From assembly GCA_963734495.1 (NCBI GenBank), contig CAVTHK010000011.1, forward strand, positions 160,001 to 224,000: 64,000 bases of DNA, given 5' to 3'. The stretch comes from an uncultured Spirochaetota bacterium (lineage in GTDB: Bacteria; Spirochaetota; Spirochaetia; SZUA-6; CAVTHK01). Both the position numbers and the translations under genes were made by a program. This document shows positions 21,515-30,121 of this stretch, piece by piece (position 1 is the first letter of the stretch; each line of letters opens with the position of its first letter). Below the pieces are notes generated by a model. The model did no database searches, had not been told where the DNA came from, and saw only the letters and a list, made by a program, of their open reading frames with translations.

Positions 21515-22746
21515 GCGCGCGCAAGAAGGTCCTGGTGTCCGCCTATGCCTGCGAGCCGGGCCACGGCTCGGAGCCGGCAGTAGGATGGAACTGGGCGCTG
21601 CAGATCGCCCGGTTTCACGAAGTGTGGCTCCTCACACGCACGAGCAACCGGCCGGCGATCGAGAGCGCGCTCCGCAGCGAGCCGATGCCGGGGCTGCGGT
21701 GCCTGTACTACGACCTGCCCGGCTGGGCGCGGTTCTGGAAGAGGGGCCGGCGGGGAGTGCACCTCTACTACGGCCTGTGGCAGGTGGGCGCCTATTTCCT
21801 GGTCCGGCGGCTTCTCAAGGCGACGCGCTTCGACGTGGTCCATCACGTGACCTTCGTGAACTACTGGCTGGGCAGCCTGCTTCCTCTGCTGCGAGTCCCT
21901 TTCGTATGGGGACCGGTGGGCGGGGGGGAGTCGTGTCCGAGGGCCTTCCTGCGGTCCTTCAGCTGGAGAGGCAGAATGCACGAGCTGCTGCGCGCGGCCG
22001 CGCGCTGGCTCGGCGAGCACAACCCGGCGCTCCGGGCGGCCGCCGCGAGGATCGCGGTCGGGCTGGCCACTACGCCGGCGACGGGGAGGCGGCTGGAGGC
22101 TCTCGCCTGCCGGCGCGTGGAGGTCATGACGCAGGCCGGGATGAGCGCGCGGGAGATCTCACAGGCTCGCGGCGCGTCCGGGCCGCCCGACGGCGTCTTC
22201 CGCGTGCTGAGCATGGGACGCCTCGTGCACTGGAAAGGGTTTCACCTGGGCCTGCTCGCGTTCGCCGCCGTGCACCGTGAGCTCGGCAGCAGCGAATACC
22301 ACCTGGTCGGCGACGGACCCGAGCGGCGCCGGCTGGAGCGCCTCGCCGGGCGTCTCGGCGTGACGGACAGCGTCCGGTTCTGGGGACTCCTCCCCCGGGA
22401 GGAGGCCTTGAAGCACCTGGCCTCCTGCAGCCTGCTCCTGCACCCCAGCCTGCACGATTCGGGGGGGTGGGTTTGCCTGGAGGCGATGGCGGCGGGACGA
22501 CCCGTGGTCTGCCTGGACGCCGGAGGGCCCGCCATGCAGGTGACGCCGCAGAGCGGCTTTCTGGTCCCACCCGGAACCCCGGGGCAGGCGGTATCCGACA
22601 TCGCGAGGATCCTGCTTGCCCTGGCCGCTGACCCGGGGCTGCAGTCAGGTCTGGGTGAGGAGGGCCGTCGCAGGGTCGCGGGCTGCTTCGACTGGAACGT
22701 CAAGGGACTGCAGATGGCGAGGCTCTACGAGGAGTGCATCGGATGA
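21511..22746 (+). CDS. GT4 glycosyltransferase
   Basis: SAYACEPGHGSEPAVGWNW, GRLVHWKG, HPSLHDSGGWVCLEAMAAGRPVV. Confidence 0.9.
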   Translation: MSARKKVLVSAYACEPGHGSEPAVGWNWALQIARFHEVWLLTRTSNRPAIESALRSEPMPGLRCLYYDLPGWARFWKRGRRGVHLYYGLWQVGAYFLVRRLLKATRFDVVHHVTFVNYWLGSLLPLLRVPFVWGPVGGGESCPRAFLRSFSWRGRMHELLRAAARWLGEHNPALRAAAARIAVGLATTPATGRRLEALACRRVEVMTQAGMSAREISQARGASGPPDGVFRVLSMGRLVHWKGFHLGLLAFAAVHRELGSSEYHLVGDGPERRRLERLAGRLGVTDSVRFWGLLPREEALKHLASCSLLLHPSLHDSGGWVCLEAMAAGRPVVCLDAGGPAMQVTPQSGFLVPPGTPGQAVSDIARILLALAADPGLQSGLGEEGRRRVAGCFDWNVKGLQMARLYEECIG

Positions 22747-24098
22747 CACCGCGAGGGGCTTCGCGCTGGATCGAGCAGCACTGGCTCGGCGGTGTGCTCG
22801 CCGCACTGGTCGGCCTGGGCGTCGTATATCTTCAGACGACCGCGCTGCTGGCGGCTGCCGCGGCCTCGCTCGTCGCGATCATTCTGCTCGGCGGGTCGCG
22901 CGCGGCCGACTATGCGTGCTTTCTCGCGCTGTTCAGCGGACCGCCGAGGATCCGCGCCAGGGATCCGCTGGACTCACTCAGGGGAGAGATCGACTGGGTG
23001 GTGCTGCTGCACATGGCGGTCTGGCTCATCGGCGCCTTGTGGGTGATCCGACAGTGGCATCAGCTCGCTGTCGAGCGCAAGGTGCTCCCCTTTACCTGGA
23101 TCCATGTTCTGGCCGTTCTGCTGGCTGCCGTGCTTGGCGCTTCGCTGTTCATCTCCCCGGGGCCGCTGCTGACGCTCTTCCGGTCCCTGCAGATGCTGAC
23201 GATGGTCATGTTCGGGTTCATCTGGGTCGAGAAGCTGGGCCCCGGAGGGGCGCTGCGCAGCCTGTTCTGGGGCTACGTCGCCATCGCCATCGCCATCGCC
23301 GCTGCTGCGCTCTTCCGCCCCGAGCTGGTGTTGGCCGGCGAGCGGGTGCGCGGGGACTACATCGCGGATACCGGCGCCGCCGGCGCGATGGGCATCATCC
23401 TGCTGTCGAGCTACCCGCCCCGGCTGCATCGGCTGCTCGCGCTTCCCATCATGGGGCTGTTCATCGCCCTGCTGGCGCTCTCGTCCACCCGTGCGGCCTA
23501 CGTCGTGGTGGCTGTCTTTCTGGTGCTGGCCGCGATCCGGCGGCCCGATGTCCCCGCCCTGACGTTCATCAACATAGCGCTGGGGCTGGTAGGGGTCATG
23601 CTTCTCCTGTTCGGACTGATGCCGTTGGTGATCGCCTGGCTGGTCCGTGATCCCACATCCCTTCAGTCTTTTAGCGGAAGGATCCCGCTCTGGGGGTTCC
23701 TCGTCCCCATCATGTTGCAGAAATCGCCGCTGCTCGGCCTGGGATTCTACGCTGCTTCGCGGGTCTACAGCCTGCAGTTCAACGTCGGCATCGGGACGGC
23801 GCACAGCGCCTTTGTCGAGGTCCTGGTGGGAGGCGGGGTCATCGGCTGCGGCGTGTTCCTGGCCGTGGTGGGCGTCACCCTCCTCGTCTCCCTGCGATCG
23901 TTCGTGCGCCGCGGAGAGGAGCCCGAGGTGTTCGTCACTTTCGCGCTGCTTCTCGGCGTCGTCTGTCTTGGAATTGTTTCCGAAGAGATGGTGATCGCGA
24001 GCCCGACCGCGCTCACATTCTGGATCGTGCTGTCCGTGGCTCTCCGCCAGGCGTGGACCGTGGCGACGGCCAGGGCTCCGGCAGCCGGCGCCGGCTGA
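22743..24098 (+). CDS. Wzy polymerase / O-antigen ligase family membrane protein
   Basis: About 12 TM helices; SSTRAA; SGRIPLW; SPLLGLG; AHSAFVEVLVGGGVIG. Confidence 0.85.
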   Translation: MTPRGASRWIEQHWLGGVLAALVGLGVVYLQTTALLAAAAASLVAIILLGGSRAADYACFLALFSGPPRIRARDPLDSLRGEIDWVVLLHMAVWLIGALWVIRQWHQLAVERKVLPFTWIHVLAVLLAAVLGASLFISPGPLLTLFRSLQMLTMVMFGFIWVEKLGPGGALRSLFWGYVAIAIAIAAAALFRPELVLAGERVRGDYIADTGAAGAMGIILLSSYPPRLHRLLALPIMGLFIALLALSSTRAAYVVVAVFLVLAAIRRPDVPALTFINIALGLVGVMLLLFGLMPLVIAWLVRDPTSLQSFSGRIPLWGFLVPIMLQKSPLLGLGFYAASRVYSLQFNVGIGTAHSAFVEVLVGGGVIGCGVFLAVVGVTLLVSLRSFVRRGEEPEVFVTFALLLGVVCLGIVSEEMVIASPTALTFWIVLSVALRQAWTVATARAPAAGAG

Positions 24099-24118
24099 GG
24101 GCGGCGCGGGGCACGAAG

Positions 24119-25288
24119 GTGCGCATTCTGCTGGTGCACGAGTACTATCGGCAGCGCGGGGGAGAAGACAGCGTCTTCGAGGCGGAGGCCCGCCTGCTGC
24201 GCTCTCACCGGCACGAGGTCGTGGAGTACACCGAAGACAACGCCCGGATCGCACGGAGCCCGCTGCTCGCCGCGAGGGTCTTCTGGTCCCGCGCCGCCGG
24301 CGACGCCGTGGCCCGCACGCTGACCGAAACCCGGCCTGTGCTGGCTCACTTCCACAATACCTTCCCTCTCGTGTCGCCGTCCGGCTACTACGCCTGCCGG
24401 CGAGCCGGGGTGCCGGTGGTCCAGACTCTTCACAACTATCGCCTGCTGTGCCCGGCGGCGACCCTCTTTCGGGACGGGTCAACATGCGACCTGTGCCTGA
24501 ACGCGCGCGTGCCCTGGCCGGGAGTCCTGCATTCCTGCTATCGAAGGTCCGTTGCGCAGACGGCCGCTGTCGCGGGGATGCTGGCGCTTCACCGGGCGCT
24601 CGGGACCTGGAGGAGCAAGGTGGACGTGTTCATCGCCCCGAGCGAGTTCAGCCGGAGAGAGTTCGTGGAGGGCGGACTGCCCGCGGAAAAGATCCTCGTC
24701 AAGCCCCATTTCGTGCATCCCGATCCGCACGAGCGGAACGGCCCGGGTGACTATGCTCTCTTCGTGGGGCGGCTTTCGGAGGAGAAAGGGGTGCGCCTGC
24801 TGCTCGAGGCGTGGCAGGCGCTTCCAGGCGCGCCGCTGATTGTCGTCGGCGACGGGCCGCTTCGGCAGGAAGTGGAGCACGCCGGCGGGGTCCGGGCGGT
24901 CGGCTGGCTGCCCGCCGACGAGGTGCTCCAAATCATGAAAGGCGCGCGGTTTCTCGTGTTTCCCTCCCTTTGGCCCGAGCCCTTCGGCAGGGTGATCATC
25001 GAGGCATTCGCCTGCGGGCTTCCGGTGCTCGCCTCGCCCCTGGGCGCGGCAGGGGATCTGGTGCGTGACGAGGCGACCGGGCTCCACTTCCTTCCGGGAG
25101 AGCCGTCCGACCTGGCCGCAAAGGCAGCCTGGATCTGGGCCCATCCGCACGAAGCGCGTGCCATGGGCAGCAGAGCTCGCCGCGAGTTTGAGGAGAAGTA
25201 CGCTCCGGAGCCGAACTATCGCAGGCTGCTGGAGATCTACTCGATCGCGATGACGGGGGAAGCCGCGGGACGGATCCCGGGCGGGTGA
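24119..25288 (+). CDS. GT4 glycosyltransferase
   Basis: VHEYYRQRGGED, HFHNTFPLVSPS, TLHNYRLLCP, FVGRLSEEKG, PSLWPEPFGRVIIEAFACG. Confidence 0.9.
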   Translation: MRILLVHEYYRQRGGEDSVFEAEARLLRSHRHEVVEYTEDNARIARSPLLAARVFWSRAAGDAVARTLTETRPVLAHFHNTFPLVSPSGYYACRRAGVPVVQTLHNYRLLCPAATLFRDGSTCDLCLNARVPWPGVLHSCYRRSVAQTAAVAGMLALHRALGTWRSKVDVFIAPSEFSRREFVEGGLPAEKILVKPHFVHPDPHERNGPGDYALFVGRLSEEKGVRLLLEAWQALPGAPLIVVGDGPLRQEVEHAGGVRAVGWLPADEVLQIMKGARFLVFPSLWPEPFGRVIIEAFACGLPVLASPLGAAGDLVRDEATGLHFLPGEPSDLAAKAAWIWAHPHEARAMGSRARREFEEKYAPEPNYRRLLEIYSIAMTGEAAGRIPGG

Positions 25289-25292
25289 CGAA

Positions 25293-25991
25293 ATGGTGTT
25301 CGGCAAGAAACTGGCCGGCAGGATCTACCCCAGGCATTCGAGGCTGCTCGCGGCCCTGAACGAGAATGCCTGGTTCGTGAAGTGGGCGCGGGAGAACGAA
25401 GGCTGCCAGGCCTTCTTCGCGCGGCGCGAGAAGGGCAGGCTGGCCGGATTCTACCAGCACGTCAACCGGGTGATCGCAGGTGATGACCGGCCGATCGATT
25501 ATCTGGAGTTTGGCGTCGGCGAAGGTCGCAGCCTCCGACTCTGGTCCGAGGTCAACAGGAACAGGGACAGCAGATTCTACGGCTTCGACTCGTTCTACGG
25601 CTTGCCCGAGGATTGGGAATGGGCCCTCGGCGGCATGTCGAAGGGGGCGTATTCCACGAACGGGCGGGCGCCGGCCATCGACGACGAGCGCGTCAGCTGC
25701 ATTGCGGGCCTGTTTCAGGACAGCCTGCCTGGGTTCCTGAAGCAGTTTACTCCCAGGAACGCCCTGATCGTTCACCTCGACTGTGATCTGTATACCTCCA
25801 CCCTCTACTGCCTGACCCAGCTGGACTCCATTCTGCAGGGCGCTGCGGTCATATTCGATGAGTTCGACAACCTGCTCCATGAATTCGCCGCTTTCCGGGA
25901 TTACGCGAGCAGCTACCGGCGGGGCTACCAGGTCCTGGCGCGGTTCGACTATTTCAAGAAGGTTGCCATCCAGGTGACGGGCCGCTACTGA
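25293..25991 (+). CDS. TylF/MycF/NovP-related O-methyltransferase
   Basis: YLEFGVGEG.S, YGFDSF.GLPEDW, GLFQDSLP, VHLDCDLYTST, IFDEF. Confidence 0.88.
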   Translation: MVFGKKLAGRIYPRHSRLLAALNENAWFVKWARENEGCQAFFARREKGRLAGFYQHVNRVIAGDDRPIDYLEFGVGEGRSLRLWSEVNRNRDSRFYGFDSFYGLPEDWEWALGGMSKGAYSTNGRAPAIDDERVSCIAGLFQDSLPGFLKQFTPRNALIVHLDCDLYTSTLYCLTQLDSILQGAAVIFDEFDNLLHEFAAFRDYASSYRRGYQVLARFDYFKKVAIQVTGRY

Positions 25992-26083
25992 GCACGGTGA
26001 TCGCGAGCGGCTGCGTGACGCAGAACCTGTCTCCTATGTGGCTGTTTGCTCGCGTGCTGCTCCGATGCTACCATTTGGCATGA

Positions 26084-26320
26084 GCCCTCGCGTTCAGGAG
26101 CCAATGGGACACGCTGCTGTGGCCCCTGCTGATCGCGCAGACTGAAAGGATGAAGAGCCTGCCGCTCTACATCGCCAGGTTCACGAGGGACATCAACAGC
26201 GATGAGGGGTCTCAGATGGCGGTCGCGCTCCTCGCGAGCATGCGCATGCCGATTCTCTTCTTCTCCATGTCGAAGTACTTTATCAGCGGCTCCGCGGTCC
26301 ACTCCTCGCGAAAGGGTTGA
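26084..26320 (+). pseudogene. C-terminal remnant of a carbohydrate ABC permease (MalG/UgpE type)
   Basis: Manual translation: ALAFRSQWDTLLWPLLIAQTERMKSLPLYIARF...MAVALLASMRMPILFFSMSKYFISGS...KG*. An in-frame TGA lies immediately upstream and there is no start. Confidence 0.7.
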
Positions 26321-26328
26321 GAGCGTCC

Positions 26329-26913
26329 ATGGGTTTCATCTTCGACATGGGGAACGTGCTGTCCCTCGGGGTCGACGTCGTGCCCCGCGTCGCCGAGAGG
26401 TTGGGCATGACCGTCGAGCAGCTCGTCGACTACGGGCGGCGCGACTTTCAGGCGCTCATGGTGGGCGCGATGACGGCGGAGGAATTCTGGGAGGGCTTCA
26501 ACAGACACTTCGGGACGGACATCCGCGAAGACCTGTTGACCGCTTTCTTCCACCCCGTGACCGACAAGCGGGTCGAGCGGCTGATCCTCGATCTCAAAGC
26601 CGCCGGCCGCCGCGTGGTCTGCGGAAGCAACACGTTCGAGGGGCACTACCTCTATCACCGCGAGCACGGGGAGTACGCGGTGTTCGACAAGGTCTACGCC
26701 AGTCACCTCATGAAGGTCGCCAAACCCACACCGGCCTTCTACGAGCGGATCCTCGAGCAGGAGGGCTGGCGGGCCGCGGACGCCTGGTTCATAGACGACC
26801 GGGAAGCGAACGTCGCGTCGGCCCGGAAGCTCGGGATCCGCTCGCTGCTCTACGAATCGTACGAGGGGCTCGAGGCCTGGCTCGCGGGACAGATGCTGCC
26901 GCCGACGCGGTAG
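26329..26913 (+). CDS. HAD family phosphatase (YihX-like)
   Basis: FIFDMGNVL, SNT, KP, FIDD..ANV..A.KLG. Confidence 0.9.
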   Translation: MGFIFDMGNVLSLGVDVVPRVAERLGMTVEQLVDYGRRDFQALMVGAMTAEEFWEGFNRHFGTDIREDLLTAFFHPVTDKRVERLILDLKAAGRRVVCGSNTFEGHYLYHREHGEYAVFDKVYASHLMKVAKPTPAFYERILEQEGWRAADAWFIDDREANVASARKLGIRSLLYESYEGLEAWLAGQMLPPTR

Positions 26914-26934
26914 GCGCCGAGGCCGGCCGCGGGA

Positions 26935-27924
26935 TCAGGAGATCCTGCGGCCCACGACCGCCTGCAGCGACACCGAGAGCACGATGATCAGCCCGTAGAT
27001 GACGCTCGTCCAGAAGCCGGTCAGGCCCGCCGCGACGATGCCCGCATTGATGGCTCCGATGATGAAGGACGCCACGAACGTCCCGAACACGGTTCCGGTC
27101 CCGCCGAACACCGACGTCCCGCCCAGGAACACCGACGCGAGCGTGTTCAGAAGGTAGCCGTCGCCCAGGGTCGGCCAGAAGAAGAGGACCTCCTCGCTCA
27201 CGACGAAGCCCGCGAAGGCCGCGGCCACCCCCACCACGGCAAAGGTCAGGATCTTGGTGCCCCCGACGTTCACCCCCATCAGCCTGGCGCTCTCCACGTT
27301 GTCGCCGGTGAGATAGACGTGGGCCCCGAACTTGTGGCGGTTGAGGAAGAACCAGACGAGCACGGCAAAGCCGATCGTCCAGACGAACTGCGCGGGCACG
27401 AGGCCGCCGATTCTCCCGACCAGCGCCGGGTGGACCACCGTGGTCGTCGTCGCCGTCATGCCGAGCCCCTGCCCGTTGGTCACGACCATCACCACGCCGC
27501 GCCAGAAGAACTGCGTGCCGATGGTGGCGACGAGCGAGGGGATGCCGATCCGCACGACGATGAGGCCGTTCAGCAGGCCCGCGGCAAGACCGGCGAGGAG
27601 GCAGGCGGCGAATCCGAGCCAGACGCTGTGCGTCGCCACGTATACGACGTCGAACCCCGTCATTCCGAACGCCATCACGGAGGGAAAGGAGAGGTCGATC
27701 TCGCCCGCGATGATGACCAGGGTGAGCGGGATGGCTACGAGCGCGAAGAAAGGCGTCGTGGACATGAACGAGATGTAGATGTCCCCGGCGAGGAAGGTCC
27801 GCGGGGACCCGATGAGGAACAGGATCCATATGAAGACGGCGACGCCGACGATCCCGATCTGCAGCGGGTACCTGCGCAGGTAACGGGAGAGAGGGCTCAG
27901 CGGCTTCTCGTTCGCAGCGCTCAT
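26935..27924 (-). CDS. Monosaccharide ABC transporter permease (RbsC type)
   Basis: IAGEIDLS, GIPSLVATIG, GDNVESARLMGV, LGGTSVFGGTG. Confidence 0.92.
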   Translation of the reverse strand: MSAANEKPLSPLSRYLRRYPLQIGIVGVAVFIWILFLIGSPRTFLAGDIYISFMSTTPFFALVAIPLTLVIIAGEIDLSFPSVMAFGMTGFDVVYVATHSVWLGFAACLLAGLAAGLLNGLIVVRIGIPSLVATIGTQFFWRGVVMVVTNGQGLGMTATTTTVVHPALVGRIGGLVPAQFVWTIGFAVLVWFFLNRHKFGAHVYLTGDNVESARLMGVNVGGTKILTFAVVGVAAAFAGFVVSEEVLFFWPTLGDGYLLNTLASVFLGGTSVFGGTGTVFGTFVASFIIGAINAGIVAAGLTGFWTSVIYGLIIVLSVSLQAVVGRRIS

Positions 27925-27944
27925 GGATGTCTCCCCTCGCGCGG

Positions 27945-28745
27945 TCACGCGTTGTCGGACTTGAGACTATTGCCTTTCAGGCCATTGCCCTCAAGGCTGC
28001 CGGTCTGGGCGACCAGGTAAAGCCGGTCGATCAGCTCCTGCAGCGTGAGCTCGTTCTTCATGAACTGACCCGCGATCCTGCCCCTGTCCAGGACCACGAT
28101 CCTGTCGGCGATGGGGTAGACATGGAAGATGTTGTGATCGATGAAGATGGCCGACTTGCCGGCGTTCTTGATCCCGGCGACGAAGTCGAGGCACTTTCGC
28201 GTCTCCGTGAGCGACAGGCCCATCGTCGGCTCGTCCAGGATGATGAGCTCCGCCTTGAAGTAAAGGGCGCGTGTGATGGCGACGCCCTGCCGCTCCCCGC
28301 CGGAGAACGTCCTCACGAGGGATTCGGGCGTCACCGCGGACGACGTGAAGCCCATCACCGTGCTCATGAGCTTCTGGGTCTCCGTCTTCATCGCGCGCAT
28401 ATCCAGACGGCCCCATCGGTTGGCGAGCTCGCGGCCCATGAAGATGTTGCGCCACAGCGCCTGCTTGTCCGCGAGCGCCCGCTCCTGGTACACAACCTCG
28501 ATCCCCAGGTCGCGCGCTCTCGACACCGACAGGTGCTCGACCTTCCTGCCCTTGAGGAAGACATCGCCCCCCGCATCGGGGCTGTGGTAGCCGGTGATGA
28601 TCTTGACCAGCGTGGACTTGCCCGCGCCGTTGTCGCCCAGCAGGCCCACGATCTCGTTCGAGCCGACCTCGAAGTCCACGTCGCGCAGGGCCGCGACTTC
28701 GCCGAACGTCTTGGAGACGTTCTTCAACTGGAGAAAGAGACTCAT
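27945..28745 (-). CDS. Monosaccharide ABC transporter ATPase (single domain)
   Basis: GDNGAGKST, FSGGERQ, ILDEPT; ATG at 28745. Confidence 0.92.
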   Translation of the reverse strand: MSLFLQLKNVSKTFGEVAALRDVDFEVGSNEIVGLLGDNGAGKSTLVKIITGYHSPDAGGDVFLKGRKVEHLSVSRARDLGIEVVYQERALADKQALWRNIFMGRELANRWGRLDMRAMKTETQKLMSTVMGFTSSAVTPESLVRTFSGGERQGVAITRALYFKAELIILDEPTMGLSLTETRKCLDFVAGIKNAGKSAIFIDHNIFHVYPIADRIVVLDRGRIAGQFMKNELTLQELIDRLYLVAQTGSLEGNGLKGNSLKSDNA

Positions 28746-28760
28746 GTCACAACCCCGCGG

Positions 28761-28908
28761 GCACGTCGGGGGCGCGCGAGGCGTGTCAGGCGCGCCGCGC
28801 GCTCGAAGCGACTCGCGCGCGTGGGGCGCGCTGGGCGCGCCAGGCCGCCTTGGCCGTTCGGGCGCCGCGGGCGCGCCCCTGACGCCGCCCGCGCGCACTC
28901 CGACGTGC
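28761..28908. repeat. Long imperfect inverted repeat in the SBP-ATPase intergenic region
   Basis: GCACGTCGG (28761-28769) pairs with CCGACGTGC (28900-28908); the inner arms cgcgcg..ggcgtgtcagg and cctgacgccgcc.cgcgcg also pair. Confidence 0.65.
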
Positions 28909-28931
28909 AGAGCTTCTGCGATTCCGGCCGA

Positions 28932-29957
28932 CTACCGGATGTTCTTCTCGGCCAGCGGGGCGACGAAGTCCACGTTGCTCTTGTCCACGAAGCCCGCGCC
29001 GGTGTTCACGTAGAGGCCCGAGAACCCATAGACCTTGGTGAGGCAGATCTGCAGGACCGGAAGGTAGCCCTGCAGCCACTCCTGCTGGTCGATCACCAGG
29101 CCCGTCCACCCGCCCTTGATCGCTGTGATCGTCGCGGGCGACAGGTCGAAGCCGGCGATGTTGACGTCGCCCGGCTTCTTGCTCGCGGCCTTGAGGTAGG
29201 TCTCCGCCGTCGCGGTGAGGCCGCCGTGGTCGGTGACGACCAGCTTGACCGCGGGATGGGAGGAAACGTAGCCGGCGAACGTCGGGGTCCCGGCGGCCGG
29301 GTCCTTGTTGGTAGCCGCGTCGATCTCGAGGTAGTCGACCTTGAGGCCGGCCGACTTGAGCGCGTCGATCACGCCCTTGGTGCGCTCGCCGCGCGCGGGC
29401 TGCGAGAGCAGGCCCCACACCATGGCCAGGTCCCCCGACTTGAGGCTGAATCGCTTGACCGCCTCGGCGCCGAGGTCGTGGCCCGCCTGGTAGAGGTCCG
29501 CGCCCACGTAGCCGAAGCCCTTCGCCGCGTACTTCGCCTCCGCTTTCGCGAGCTGCGTGTTCTGGCTCGTGACGATGATGCCCTTGCTCTCGGCGTCGTC
29601 GATCAGCGCGTCGAAGGCCTCGTCGCCCGGGTGACCCATCACCGCGATGCCGTCCGGCTTGGTGGCTGCCGCCTCGCGGAACTGCTGGATCATCTTCTGC
29701 GGATCCCAGTCCGACCATACGTAGTCGACCTTGCATCCCAGATCCGCTTCCGCCTGCTTGGCGCCGTTGTAGACGTTGACGGCAAAGACGCCGCCCTGGG
29801 GACCGCCCGGGAAGAACACCACGCGGACATTGGAAGCCCACCGCGCCGGTTGCTGCGCGGCCTGGCCGGCCGGCTGCTTTGCGCCGGGCGCGCACCCGAT
29901 CAACAGCGCCCCGATCAGCATCAGCAGAACGGAGACAGGAACTGCTCTTGCTCTCAC
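28932..29957 (-). CDS. Sugar ABC substrate-binding lipoprotein (periplasmic binding protein type 1)
   Basis: Lipobox LIG-C; GAKQAEADLG, PDGIAV, YVGADLYQAG, AGFDLS, IDQQEWLQGY. Confidence 0.9.
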   Translation of the reverse strand: MRARAVPVSVLLMLIGALLIGCAPGAKQPAGQAAQQPARWASNVRVVFFPGGPQGGVFAVNVYNGAKQAEADLGCKVDYVWSDWDPQKMIQQFREAAATKPDGIAVMGHPGDEAFDALIDDAESKGIIVTSQNTQLAKAEAKYAAKGFGYVGADLYQAGHDLGAEAVKRFSLKSGDLAMVWGLLSQPARGERTKGVIDALKSAGLKVDYLEIDAATNKDPAAGTPTFAGYVSSHPAVKLVVTDHGGLTATAETYLKAASKKPGDVNIAGFDLSPATITAIKGGWTGLVIDQQEWLQGYLPVLQICLTKVYGFSGLYVNTGAGFVDKSNVDFVAPLAEKNIR

Positions 29958-30121
29958 TGGACCCTCCTCGGACAGGTCAGCCCGCGCAGGCGCGGCCGCG
30001 CGAGGCTGTCGCTGGCTCGAGCCGAATTTTCGTCCACAGAGGCCCCGAGGTCAAGCCGTGCGGCGCCTGGCCGGATTTCCGGGTCGCCGCGCTTTTCGCC
30101 GCCTGCGTATACTCTTCGAAT

